DNA from: an uncultured Pseudomonadales bacterium
GTDB lineage: Bacteria; Patescibacteriota; Microgenomatia; UBA1400; PJMF01
DNA: 64,000 bases
NCBI GenBank assembly: GCA_964457085.1
Contig: CAYWDM010000005.1
Location: 12,065 to 76,064, forward strand
Direction of reading: 5' to 3'
In this document: positions 37,182-45,787 of the stretch, in pieces
How the letters are laid out: each line of letters opens with the position of its first letter
How positions within the stretch are numbered: the stretch's first letter is position 1
Translations under genes and position numbers: made by a program
Notes under the pieces: model-generated
What the model saw: only the letters and a program-made list of their open reading frames with translations
Databases searched by the model: none
Told to the model about the DNA's origin: nothing

Positions 37182-38297
37182 CTAAGTTGCCTCATTTGCT
37201 CTAAATGGCATGACTATATATCTATACGATGAAACACCTAAAACTCCAAATTGTGCGGGGCGGAGTGACTCATTTAATGAGAATTGTAGGGTTTCTACCT
37301 TTGTATTTGTAATGAAATCCACCAGATAATTTGTGTTAAAAGAAATAGTGACTGGAACTTCGATCTTTTTATCAACTGGAATTTTTCCAGAGTATTCGCC
37401 ATAAGAAGCAGATTTTGCAAAGATTCCCAATTCTTCCCCACTTAAAGTTAAGTGCACAATATTTGATGAGTCTCTAGAGAAGAGGGTCGATCTTTTTAAT
37501 TGGGTTAACAGCTCCCCAGCGTCTAGCAAAACTTCTGTTTCATAAGTGGCAGGAATTATTTTTTCATATGGTGGATATTCACCTTCGATCAATCTCACAA
37601 AAAGTTGAGTATTTTCGATCGTGATTTTTACTTGTTTTAGTTCTTCTGAAACCGCAAAAGTGATTCTTTCTGCTTTCACTTGATTTGCAATGCGTACTGC
37701 CTCAGCAATGGCTTTCGAAGGAACTAACATTTTCCATGGCTCTTTTTGAGTGAGCGTACTCATTTTCAAAACTGCTAAACGAAAACCATCAGTGGCTGCA
37801 ACTTCAAGTTCTCCAGCATTGAATATAAAACAAAGAGAAGTGAGAACTGGTCTCGTCTGATCTATTGAAACTGCAAATGAAACGTTTCTCTCGATAGCAT
37901 TAATTTCCTCTAGTGTAAAACTAATTTCTCGTCCGATGACTTCTGGAAATTGAGGAAAGTCTTTTCCGCTTTGAATGGGGAGTTTTGTTGTAGAAGATCC
38001 AGATTTGACTAGTAGGTTCGTCTCGTTGAGTTCAAGATTAATGTCTCCAGGTGAGAGTGAAGACACTATCTGTTTGAAAATATCTCCTGGAACTGCAATC
38101 GTGCCATCTCTTTCAATTGCTGCTTCGCAAATACAGGTAACTCCAAAATACAAGTCTGTTGCTGAAAGTATTAACGTATTCTCAGTTGCTGTGATTAAAA
38201 TCGATGACAGTATCGGCAACTGAGGTTTTGTGGGAATCGCTTTTTGAAGATAATTAAGTGCTGTTTTAAGATTTTCTTGTAGTACCCTGATTTTCAT
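37182..38297 (-). CDS. dnaN: DNA polymerase III beta sliding clamp
   Basis: LPILSSIL, SATDL, RPVLT, AATDGFRLA, LIEGEYPPY, IVMPFR. Start moved to ATG 38297 (MKIRVLQENL); the called extension runs through oriC. Confidence 0.97.
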   Translation of the reverse strand: MKIRVLQENLKTALNYLQKAIPTKPQLPILSSILITATENTLILSATDLYFGVTCICEAAIERDGTIAVPGDIFKQIVSSLSPGDINLELNETNLLVKSGSSTTKLPIQSGKDFPQFPEVIGREISFTLEEINAIERNVSFAVSIDQTRPVLTSLCFIFNAGELEVAATDGFRLAVLKMSTLTQKEPWKMLVPSKAIAEAVRIANQVKAERITFAVSEELKQVKITIENTQLFVRLIEGEYPPYEKIIPATYETEVLLDAGELLTQLKRSTLFSRDSSNIVHLTLSGEELGIFAKSASYGEYSGKIPVDKKIEVPVTISFNTNYLVDFITNTKVETLQFSLNESLRPAQFGVLGVSSYRYIVMPFRANEAT

Positions 38298-38549
38298 ATT
38301 TATGTATATATATACTAGTAATAGTAGTAGTAGAGATGGTGGATAGGTGGATAACAACTTTCTTCACCTCTGGTTTTACGGTCATTTTTTAAATGGAAAA
38401 CTGTCATAGTATCGGGCATATCTCTGTGAATTTAAATGGTTAAAAGTACATAACTTTACAGCTGTCTTCGTAAAAGTGTAGCTTTTATTCACACTTCTTA
38501 GAAAATATCTACAACTTTATTCACATAGTTATCTACTTTTGTGGATAAC
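38298..38549. promoter_or_regulatory. oriC: AT-rich unwinding element, DnaA-trios and DnaA boxes
   Basis: AT run 38298-38314; TAG-TAA-TAG-TAG-TAG-TAG at 38316-38333; near-consensus boxes 38338-38346 and 38346-38354; TTATTCACA at 38485 and 38517; TGTGGATAA at 38540. Confidence 0.9.
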
Positions 38550-40133
38550 TTAGCGAGATATCGCGGTCAAAGACATTCTTAATGCTGATACATCCTGCTT
38601 TATTAACTCATCCTCAGTAATCAGACTTTCAACTTTCGAAATAGCATGAATAACGCTAGTGTGATCTCTGTTAGAGAACCATTTTCCAATTTCTTCAAGC
38701 GACATTTTTAGCTCTTCTCTTAAAAAATACATTGCCACATGTCTTGCGGTAACTAGATCTTTAGTTCTTTTTTTACCTTTAATGGCAATTTGCTTGACTC
38801 TGAAATGATTGGCGACCGTTTTAATTACGTCATCTGGACTTACTCGGATTACTGGACGTTTTTTAACCACCTCGAAACGCAATAAGTCTTCAATGAGTTG
38901 TCCAGATATTGTTCTGTGTTTCAATTCAACCTCAGACTTAATTTGATTGATGATTCCCTCTATTTTTCTAGCACTATCTACTTTTGAAGCTATAATTTGT
39001 GCTAGTTCCATAGGAATATTAATATGATTTGCTTGAGCTTTAATGAGTAGAATCGCAGTTCGTAGTTCAAAAGAAGGTTGTTGGATATCTATCATCAGGC
39101 CAGCTTCAAAACGAGATCTTAATCTGTCTTCGAGTAAATTAATCTCATGAGGCGGCCTATCAGAAGTTAAAATAATTTGAGAGGCCTGTTTAGTTAATGT
39201 ATTAAAAGTATGGAAGAACTCTTCCTGAACAGCATTTTTTCCAGCTATGAACTGAATATCATCGATCATTAGAACTTGGGTATTACGATATTTTGCTTTA
39301 AAACTGAGTGCTTTTCTTGATTGAATAGCACTCACAATTTCATTGGTAAATTCTTCACCGGTGCAATAGATAATATTCGCCTCAGGATTCTTTTGTAAAA
39401 TGTTATGTCCAATTGAGTGCATTAGATGAGTTTTGCCAACACCAACACCTCCATAAAGGAAAAGTGGGTTATATGCACCACCTGGCGTGTTGGAGACTGC
39501 CACTGCAGCGGCATGGGCCATCTCGTTACTAGTTGAGACGGCAAAGGCTTTGAAAGTGTAATCAAGCCGAAGACCAATTTTTCTTGCCTTAAACAGAGCT
39601 CGATCTTCATTAGAGATCTGCATAGTGTGCGCAGAGAATAATTCTGAGACAGTTGGGGAGAGGTTCTGATTGTTCGTATTCGTGGGTGAAAAATTAACAA
39701 AACCGGGTTGGTCAGTTTGTTTTAGTCTAAAACCATCTTGGTCATGATTCTCTTCATTTAAACCGCTAGAACTATCTGGAGTCAGTACACCAAGATTTCT
39801 TGAGTTGGTTGGTGGCAGAGCAGTCTTAAAACTATTACTGCTTTGTACTTCTCCAATTTTGAATTCTAAAGTTATAGGGATCTGTAGAAATTTTTCGAGC
39901 GAGCTTTTTATTTGATTAAGTAGGTTCTTTTTAAGATTTGTAGCATGAAACGCTGTCGGACAAGTAATAATGCATGAGGCTGTTTGGTTATTTTCAGAAA
40001 CCTCAATACTGGTTAAAGGATTCGACAATACCCAAGTACTAAAGACAGCTGGAGTAAGTTGAGTCTGAAGATCAGAACAAACTTGCTGCCACACGTTTTT
40101 AACCTGATCTCCAGGCAAGAACTCAGTCGACAT
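38550..40133 (-). CDS. dnaA: Chromosomal replication initiator DnaA (long domain II linker)
   Basis: YNPLFLYGGVGVGKTHL, IDDIQF, QEEFFHTFN, TSDRPP, RLRSRF, RDHTSV. ATG 40133 preferred as start. Confidence 0.98.
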   Translation of the reverse strand: MSTEFLPGDQVKNVWQQVCSDLQTQLTPAVFSTWVLSNPLTSIEVSENNQTASCIITCPTAFHATNLKKNLLNQIKSSLEKFLQIPITLEFKIGEVQSSNSFKTALPPTNSRNLGVLTPDSSSGLNEENHDQDGFRLKQTDQPGFVNFSPTNTNNQNLSPTVSELFSAHTMQISNEDRALFKARKIGLRLDYTFKAFAVSTSNEMAHAAAVAVSNTPGGAYNPLFLYGGVGVGKTHLMHSIGHNILQKNPEANIIYCTGEEFTNEIVSAIQSRKALSFKAKYRNTQVLMIDDIQFIAGKNAVQEEFFHTFNTLTKQASQIILTSDRPPHEINLLEDRLRSRFEAGLMIDIQQPSFELRTAILLIKAQANHINIPMELAQIIASKVDSARKIEGIINQIKSEVELKHRTISGQLIEDLLRFEVVKKRPVIRVSPDDVIKTVANHFRVKQIAIKGKKRTKDLVTARHVAMYFLREELKMSLEEIGKWFSNRDHTSVIHAISKVESLITEDELIKQDVSALRMSLTAISR

Positions 40134-40172
40134 ACATTTTTTTATGGCAGGAAATTCTTTATAGACAACCAC

Positions 40173-40193
40173 TTATACACATAGTTTCCCACA
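40173..40193 (+). promoter_or_regulatory. DnaA boxes upstream of dnaA
   Basis: TTATACACA (40173-40181, consensus) and TTTCCCACA (40185-40193, 1 mismatch). Confidence 0.7.
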
Positions 40194-40229
40194 CTACACA
40201 AGTGGCGAAACTACTCAAATCAATTCAAG

Positions 40230-42350
40230 TTATTTATTGGTATCTTGAGGACTTGAATACTGGTCAATGGAATAGTATCCATGCAGCTGAGGTTTTGCGT
40301 CAGCACTTTGGTTTTGTGGTGTCTGCTTTGGGGCATTTGCTTGTGCTTTAGCGATAGCTGCTTGTTTTTGTTGCTCCATTATTTGAGAGTTCTGTTTTAG
40401 CGAATCCATAATCTCTTTACTTGGGACTCGACTTTGAGCTAAAATTCCGGCGTCTTCTTGACTATCAATCTTACGCTGTTGCACGCTTGAATATTGAACA
40501 GCTTTGCCACCTGGATTTTCGAGTTCGGCTTTTTTTAATCTCTCTGCCTCTCGTCTGTTAACAATTTCTTCAGGATTGGTGGTAATCACGTCATGTTCCT
40601 CGTCACTGGCAACCACTCGTAGAGCAACATGGTTTGAACCAGCAAAAAAGATACCCTCTCCAACGTCAGAAGCCATTAATAGTTGTTTCTCTCCATCACT
40701 TAAATAAAAAGTTTCGGCCAATACTGGGACTGAAGAAGATGATTGTTTCATTAAAAATTGAATTGAGGCGTTTGAAACAATTGCTTTGCCATAGTCGTTA
40801 TGCAAAAAATCCTCAACATCTTGAGTAATTGTGGTAATTCCAAGGTAATATTTGCGAGCACGTTTAACCATTGAATGAATAAAAGAGGCACTGTCTTGAT
40901 GCTTCATAAAATACCAGGCCTCATCAACGACTAAAATTCGTCGTCTCAAATCTTTACGCACCTTTGTCCAGATGTAATCAAGTATGATATACATGGCGAT
41001 TGGACGGAGTCCTTCTTCCATTTCTTGAACTGAAAAAACAGTGAATTGGTTGGTGATGTTTAAATTAGAAGCTTGATCAAAAATACCTCTAAATGATCCA
41101 GTAATAAACTTCTCCAATCGAGCTGAAAGGTCATTTGCTTCATCATTCTCCATACCAATTAGGGCTTTATATAAATCTTCCATCAACGGTGGTTTATTTG
41201 ACTGGGTGGCCGGGTCAGGAGTAATTCCTTTAGCTTTATAAGCTGCCACAATCGAGCGATCCAAGATGGCTTCTTGTTGAGAGGTCATCTCGCCAAGCAT
41301 CAGCTTTAATAAGCCATGCAGTGAGATAATTTTTTGACCCAGCTCGTTCTCACCCTCCTCATAGAGATTAGCAAGATCAAAGGGATTAATTCTGGTCTTG
41401 GAGTTAAATGTAAAGTTAATGTATTCTCCCTGTACAGCTTTGGACAAATCCTCATACTCATGCTCTGGATCAAGAACAATGACCTCACAATCAAACATCA
41501 GCTGACGAATCACCTCCAACTTAACTGTGTATGATTTTCCTGCACCAGATTTAGCAAAGATCACCATGTTCGCGTTTTCCATCTTAAATCTATCGAAAAT
41601 CACTAGCGAATCATTATGCTCATTAATTCCGTACACAATGCCGGTTTCCATAGTCAACTCGGATGAAGTGAATGGAAAAGTAGTTGCAAGTGAAGTAGTA
41701 TCCATATTACGCGTAATCATCAGCTTATCTCGTCCCATGGGAAGTGTGGTCTTAAAACCCTCGTCCATCTGCAACGTTGCTTTTTTAGAAACGATCAATA
41801 ATGCTCCGAGCGTGGACTGAACATTTTTTGTAACTCTTTCGAGCTCATCAACACTTGGGGCAATGATAGTAACGTACAAGCCGAATTGATAAAAACGCTC
41901 GGCACCTGCAGCCAGTTGCTCTCGGATTGAACGAGCATCATTTAGCTTAATTTCGGTATTAATGTTACTAATTTTTCCAGAACGAACATCTGACTGAATT
42001 TCTGCCTCCATCTCAGTGATCTTGCGTTTGAGGTTCTCTAGAATTTCACTTGAGTCGGTAGGATAGATAAACATGGCAATGTTTGTCTGATACGGGTAGT
42101 TGATCATTGGCGAAAGCCAGTTTGCTGGAACCGATCGGGGATATCCTGCCACAAAAATAGTTCGAGTATATGTTGAGTTGATCTTTTGAAAAGTAAAATC
42201 AACCTCAATTGCCTCTGGAGCGATAATATCTTGTATAGTTACCAACCCTTGAGAGAACTCTTTAAGTTTTTCATACTCTCGTTGCTCTTTGGATAACTCA
42301 GGAGTAATTGGAGCTGGGGTTTTTGGAAAAAAAGGTAAATTGAATGCCAT
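40230..42350 (-). CDS. virB4: VirB4-like type IV secretion ATPase
   Basis: FPFTS, YGIN, NANMVIFAKSGAGKS, LDPEHEY, INPFD, LVVDEAW, VKRARKY, ITQDVEDF. Confidence 0.9.
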   Translation of the reverse strand: MAFNLPFFPKTPAPITPELSKEQREYEKLKEFSQGLVTIQDIIAPEAIEVDFTFQKINSTYTRTIFVAGYPRSVPANWLSPMINYPYQTNIAMFIYPTDSSEILENLKRKITEMEAEIQSDVRSGKISNINTEIKLNDARSIREQLAAGAERFYQFGLYVTIIAPSVDELERVTKNVQSTLGALLIVSKKATLQMDEGFKTTLPMGRDKLMITRNMDTTSLATTFPFTSSELTMETGIVYGINEHNDSLVIFDRFKMENANMVIFAKSGAGKSYTVKLEVIRQLMFDCEVIVLDPEHEYEDLSKAVQGEYINFTFNSKTRINPFDLANLYEEGENELGQKIISLHGLLKLMLGEMTSQQEAILDRSIVAAYKAKGITPDPATQSNKPPLMEDLYKALIGMENDEANDLSARLEKFITGSFRGIFDQASNLNITNQFTVFSVQEMEEGLRPIAMYIILDYIWTKVRKDLRRRILVVDEAWYFMKHQDSASFIHSMVKRARKYYLGITTITQDVEDFLHNDYGKAIVSNASIQFLMKQSSSSVPVLAETFYLSDGEKQLLMASDVGEGIFFAGSNHVALRVVASDEEHDVITTNPEEIVNRREAERLKKAELENPGGKAVQYSSVQQRKIDSQEDAGILAQSRVPSKEIMDSLKQNSQIMEQQKQAAIAKAQANAPKQTPQNQSADAKPQLHGYYSIDQYSSPQDTNK

Positions 42351-42351
42351 G

Positions 42352-43338
42352 TTATTTAATTTCAGCCACTGGTGGCAGAGTGTATTGTTGAGCTTGATCT
42401 GGAATTGGCTGTTCGACTACCGTAGCTGGGGGAGCACTATTCTCAGCAGTCACTTGAGTTTCTGCAATTTCTACATTTGTGAATGGTGACTGATTGGCTA
42501 AAACTGGGCTCTCTTGAACAATTTCTGAATTAATTAGCTCGGTTGTTGGAGATGAAGACCCCACTGAGTCTGCTGACGTCTCGCTTGTTGGCTGCTCGAC
42601 TACTGGGGCTGTAGTTGACTGAGGGTTTGGGTCGGACAAGCTAGTTTTGAATACGCTTGCTCTAACTAAGGGAGTACTATAGTCGTTTGATTCGACTAAT
42701 TGCTGTCCCTCAGCTGTCTCTGGGTTGTAGTTAGTGTAAAAAATCTGGATTATTTCTTGAGTATTCAGCTGTTTTGCAAACAGACCAATGCGGTTAAATT
42801 GTCCCATCAAATGTGCATTTCTGGGCTCAAGTACTCCAGCAGCTTTCTCAAGAATGACGCTTTTCTCGATGGTTGAAATATCGAAAGCATTTTTTTTGCC
42901 AGCACTAGACATGAATGAAGAAGGGGACATAATGCCCATCTCAATGGGACTGGCGGGAATGATTACATAGAATTTTTTATCCAAGACATTTCGCTCTTGA
43001 ATCAGTTTACTAACAAACTCTTGATATCGACCAATTCTTGCTGCTTTATCTTTGCTACTAGCTTTTTCTTGCTGTTTTTTGAGCAAATCAAGATATTTCG
43101 TAGCGTCTTTAGTTTTTGATTGAATATTAATTTGAATTGGATAGTTCAGTGAATTTAGTAATGCAGCATACGCGTAAATAACTGCGTCCTGTTCCTCTTC
43201 AGCCAACAAACTAAAATTCATTGCATATACTGAAAGAATGGTTGAAACAGAGCCATCTTTCATAATCACCATATTATTAGTGATGTCGTAGATGTCTAGA
43301 AATTCTTGAGTGGTGGAGCTGATGACACGGCCTGACAT
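42352..43338 (-). CDS. T4SS-associated protein resembling the N-terminal part of VirB4/TraC
   Basis: 'TQEFLDI..I....VIMKDG...NFSLLAEEEQDA.IYAY..LLNSL.YPIQI', 'KFYVIIP'; 1 nt upstream of virB4; disordered C-terminus. Confidence 0.7.
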   Translation of the reverse strand: MSGRVISSTTQEFLDIYDITNNMVIMKDGSVSTILSVYAMNFSLLAEEEQDAVIYAYAALLNSLNYPIQINIQSKTKDATKYLDLLKKQQEKASSKDKAARIGRYQEFVSKLIQERNVLDKKFYVIIPASPIEMGIMSPSSFMSSAGKKNAFDISTIEKSVILEKAAGVLEPRNAHLMGQFNRIGLFAKQLNTQEIIQIFYTNYNPETAEGQQLVESNDYSTPLVRASVFKTSLSDPNPQSTTAPVVEQPTSETSADSVGSSSPTTELINSEIVQESPVLANQSPFTNVEIAETQVTAENSAPPATVVEQPIPDQAQQYTLPPVAEIK

Positions 43339-43396
43339 GTAGTATCTCTATCTTACAAGACAGATGACCAAACAAGCAAGGATTATGCCTGGCTGG

Positions 43397-44689
43397 TTAT
43401 GCTTGACTTACGATCTGGATGGGATCGATGATATTTCCAGCTAAAATGAGTTGTTGATCTTGAAATACATATCCCTCTTTGTCAGTTGTCAGCACATATT
43501 CCCCATTATCAAGCGGAGTAGTTATAAAGAACTGGCCAAGAGGGTTTGTTTTAACAGCTCGTGCAACTTCTCCTTTTGTGTTTTTTATCTCCACAATCGC
43601 ATTGGAAAGTATTTTTCCTGCTGGGGTAAACACCATGCCAACTACTTTATTTGGAACTGTAGGCTTGGAGGGAAAAGGCAGTTGATCACTGTGAGTAGTA
43701 GCAATTGTTGGTTGAATAAAATCAGTTGAGGTTGCTGAGTCATTCACCATAAAAACAGTTTGATCCGAGCTACTCACTAATTGTGGCTGTGGAATGTTTT
43801 GTTGTGAATCATCGGTGGCTGGCGGTGCCTCAATAGCAGGAGTTTTCTCTGGTTCTTCAGCAACACGCTCACTTTTTGTGGAAGTTTCTTCTAAAACGGG
43901 AATTTTAATTTGGTTTGCCACGTCTGCTGGGTTTGAAACAATTGTTTTAGCCATTTGTGGTGGAGGAGTAACTGGCGATCTATCAGTGAAATCTGTTGTA
44001 GTCACAATCTCTACTTCTGAAGTAACCTCTTGTTCTTGGCTAGCAACCTCTAGGGTTGATGTAGATTCCGCTGAAAGTTGGGTGGGAACGATGTCTTCAG
44101 GTTGTAAAGTTGCAGTCGTCGTCGTGATGACCTCATGCAGCTCTCTAACTCTAACCTGTAAATTAGGTTTCTGGATTGATTGAATAGCTGAAATGCTGCC
44201 AACAGTGATTGAACCAAACTCACTCAGAATTGATTGTGACCGCTTATGTTGCTCTTGCTCCCAGGGGTCAATTAATTGAGTCTGATGTACGGAAGTAAAA
44301 TATTCTTGAATTCTTTCACGACGAGCTGGCGATAGATCCACATCTTCTGGTGTTAATATGTTTCCAGTCTCAAGCTTATATAGAAAGGGCTCGGGAATTT
44401 TTACTTGTTTTCTCCAGAAAAATTGGGTGGGTCTATATAAAATATTAAAAAAGGTGCTAAACCAATGACCAAGGGGGCGTTCCTCAATGGGTACAAACGC
44501 AATGGCAACTCCCATACCACCGCTGAGCAAGATAAGTGGCCATTTAACGATTGGGATCAGGTTTGTTTTGTAGATAACTACGGCGATTACCACACCAACT
44601 GCAACCTCAGTAAATTGCTGCAGGGTCATGTTTCCAACGATGTGAAACCGATATCCAGTGACGTCTTGTGGAATGGCGTGCTCTCGCAT
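43397..44689 (-). CDS. PrgI (VirB3-like) family protein with C-terminal carboxypeptidase-regulatory-like beta domain
   Basis: MREHAIPQDV....FHIVGNMTLQQF, two TM helices, 'AFVPIEERPL'; C-terminal 'G.V....G......IVEI.....RAVKTNPLGQF'. Start ATG 44689. Confidence 0.8.
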   Translation of the reverse strand: MREHAIPQDVTGYRFHIVGNMTLQQFTEVAVGVVIAVVIYKTNLIPIVKWPLILLSGGMGVAIAFVPIEERPLGHWFSTFFNILYRPTQFFWRKQVKIPEPFLYKLETGNILTPEDVDLSPARRERIQEYFTSVHQTQLIDPWEQEQHKRSQSILSEFGSITVGSISAIQSIQKPNLQVRVRELHEVITTTTATLQPEDIVPTQLSAESTSTLEVASQEQEVTSEVEIVTTTDFTDRSPVTPPPQMAKTIVSNPADVANQIKIPVLEETSTKSERVAEEPEKTPAIEAPPATDDSQQNIPQPQLVSSSDQTVFMVNDSATSTDFIQPTIATTHSDQLPFPSKPTVPNKVVGMVFTPAGKILSNAIVEIKNTKGEVARAVKTNPLGQFFITTPLDNGEYVLTTDKEGYVFQDQQLILAGNIIDPIQIVSQA

Positions 44690-44740
44690 GACATTCATTT
44701 TACACTGCTTCAGAGATGAAAATCGAGCCTATAAATCAGC

Positions 44741-45787
44741 TTACTGCTGTGGTCCAGTAACTACAACAGCCGGGGTGATTATCTCAACCGATACTTCTCC
44801 GCCATTGTTGGTAATGACTGTGCCAGAGAATCGATACACAGGGAATGCGGAACCAGTTTCAATATCAGTCCGATATTCTGATGTCGCCTTGGTTAATTTT
44901 CCAGAAGTGATGGTTGCCAAATCAAGCTGGTTGATAGAGTTTTGGTATGCAGCAATTATTGAACCTTGTCCCGCTAAAATATTGGCAACAGCTTGCTGTG
45001 CAGTAATGGTTGCAACCTGTTTAACGATATTTGTTTCAATTATTTGCTGTTGGATTGTAAGTTTAACTATCTCATTGTCAGCATTTAACATCACTCGAAT
45101 TGGAGCATATTCATCATAATTATTGATTACTGGGAGATTGGCAACCTGAGGAGCAAATGGAATCTCAATAATAGTGGCATTTTTCTCAATGGTTTCATCT
45201 AGATCAGTTTTGTCTTTACGTAGGAATTTTAACTGGCCTTTGACTGGTATGTAGGGGCTTTGGGGGAGTAGGGTTTGAATAAATTGTGTTGCTGTATTCA
45301 CCGCCACTTCTGTTTGAATGGTTTTTCCAACAAATCGTTTGCTCTCTGCCATCGCTGCAGATTCACTAGCTTGTTCCTGAATAGAGAGCTGGTTGTTAAA
45401 AATATACTCATTCCGGTTTTTGTCATGAAATAATGAATAATTATCTCGAACCCAAATGTTCTCTGAGCGAGGGTGTTGGACAAGTTGGTATTGCTCAATC
45501 ATTTGTTGAGCAATTTGGCTAACAATGGTTGGATTCAGTTTAATTCCTGCGATCGGCAGTTTTTCTGGTAGATCAAGCTCAGGTCCGTTATAAGTCAGCT
45601 TTTTAAACTCACTTTTCGTTTGGTTAAAGTTGGTCGACATGAACTCCGATGGGCTGAGGCCTGCATTTCGATTTGGGGTTAGAGAATAAAATATTAAGCT
45701 GAGTCCCGTCGAAAGCAACGCGAAAACTAATAGTCCAATTAGTAATTTTTTATTAGTTATTTGAACAGGCAGGTGGTTCTTTGTCAT
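44741..45787 (-). CDS. Hypothetical single-TM extracytoplasmic protein
   Basis: N-terminal TM helix then a soluble domain ('PVYRFSG'); overlaps the end of the M23 gene. Confidence 0.7.
   Translation of the reverse strand: MTKNHLPVQITNKKLLIGLLVFALLSTGLSLIFYSLTPNRNAGLSPSEFMSTNFNQTKSEFKKLTYNGPELDLPEKLPIAGIKLNPTIVSQIAQQMIEQYQLVQHPRSENIWVRDNYSLFHDKNRNEYIFNNQLSIQEQASESAAMAESKRFVGKTIQTEVAVNTATQFIQTLLPQSPYIPVKGQLKFLRKDKTDLDETIEKNATIIEIPFAPQVANLPVINNYDEYAPIRVMLNADNEIVKLTIQQQIIETNIVKQVATITAQQAVANILAGQGSIIAAYQNSINQLDLATITSGKLTKATSEYRTDIETGSAFPVYRFSGTVITNNGGEVSVEIITPAVVVTGPQQ

Noticed and set aside
38298-38357. N-terminal extension of DnaN (MLSTYPPSLLLLLLVYIYIN) or a (CTA)n microsatellite
   Set aside because: The Leu run is the translated DnaA-trio tract of oriC; the real start is ATG 38297.
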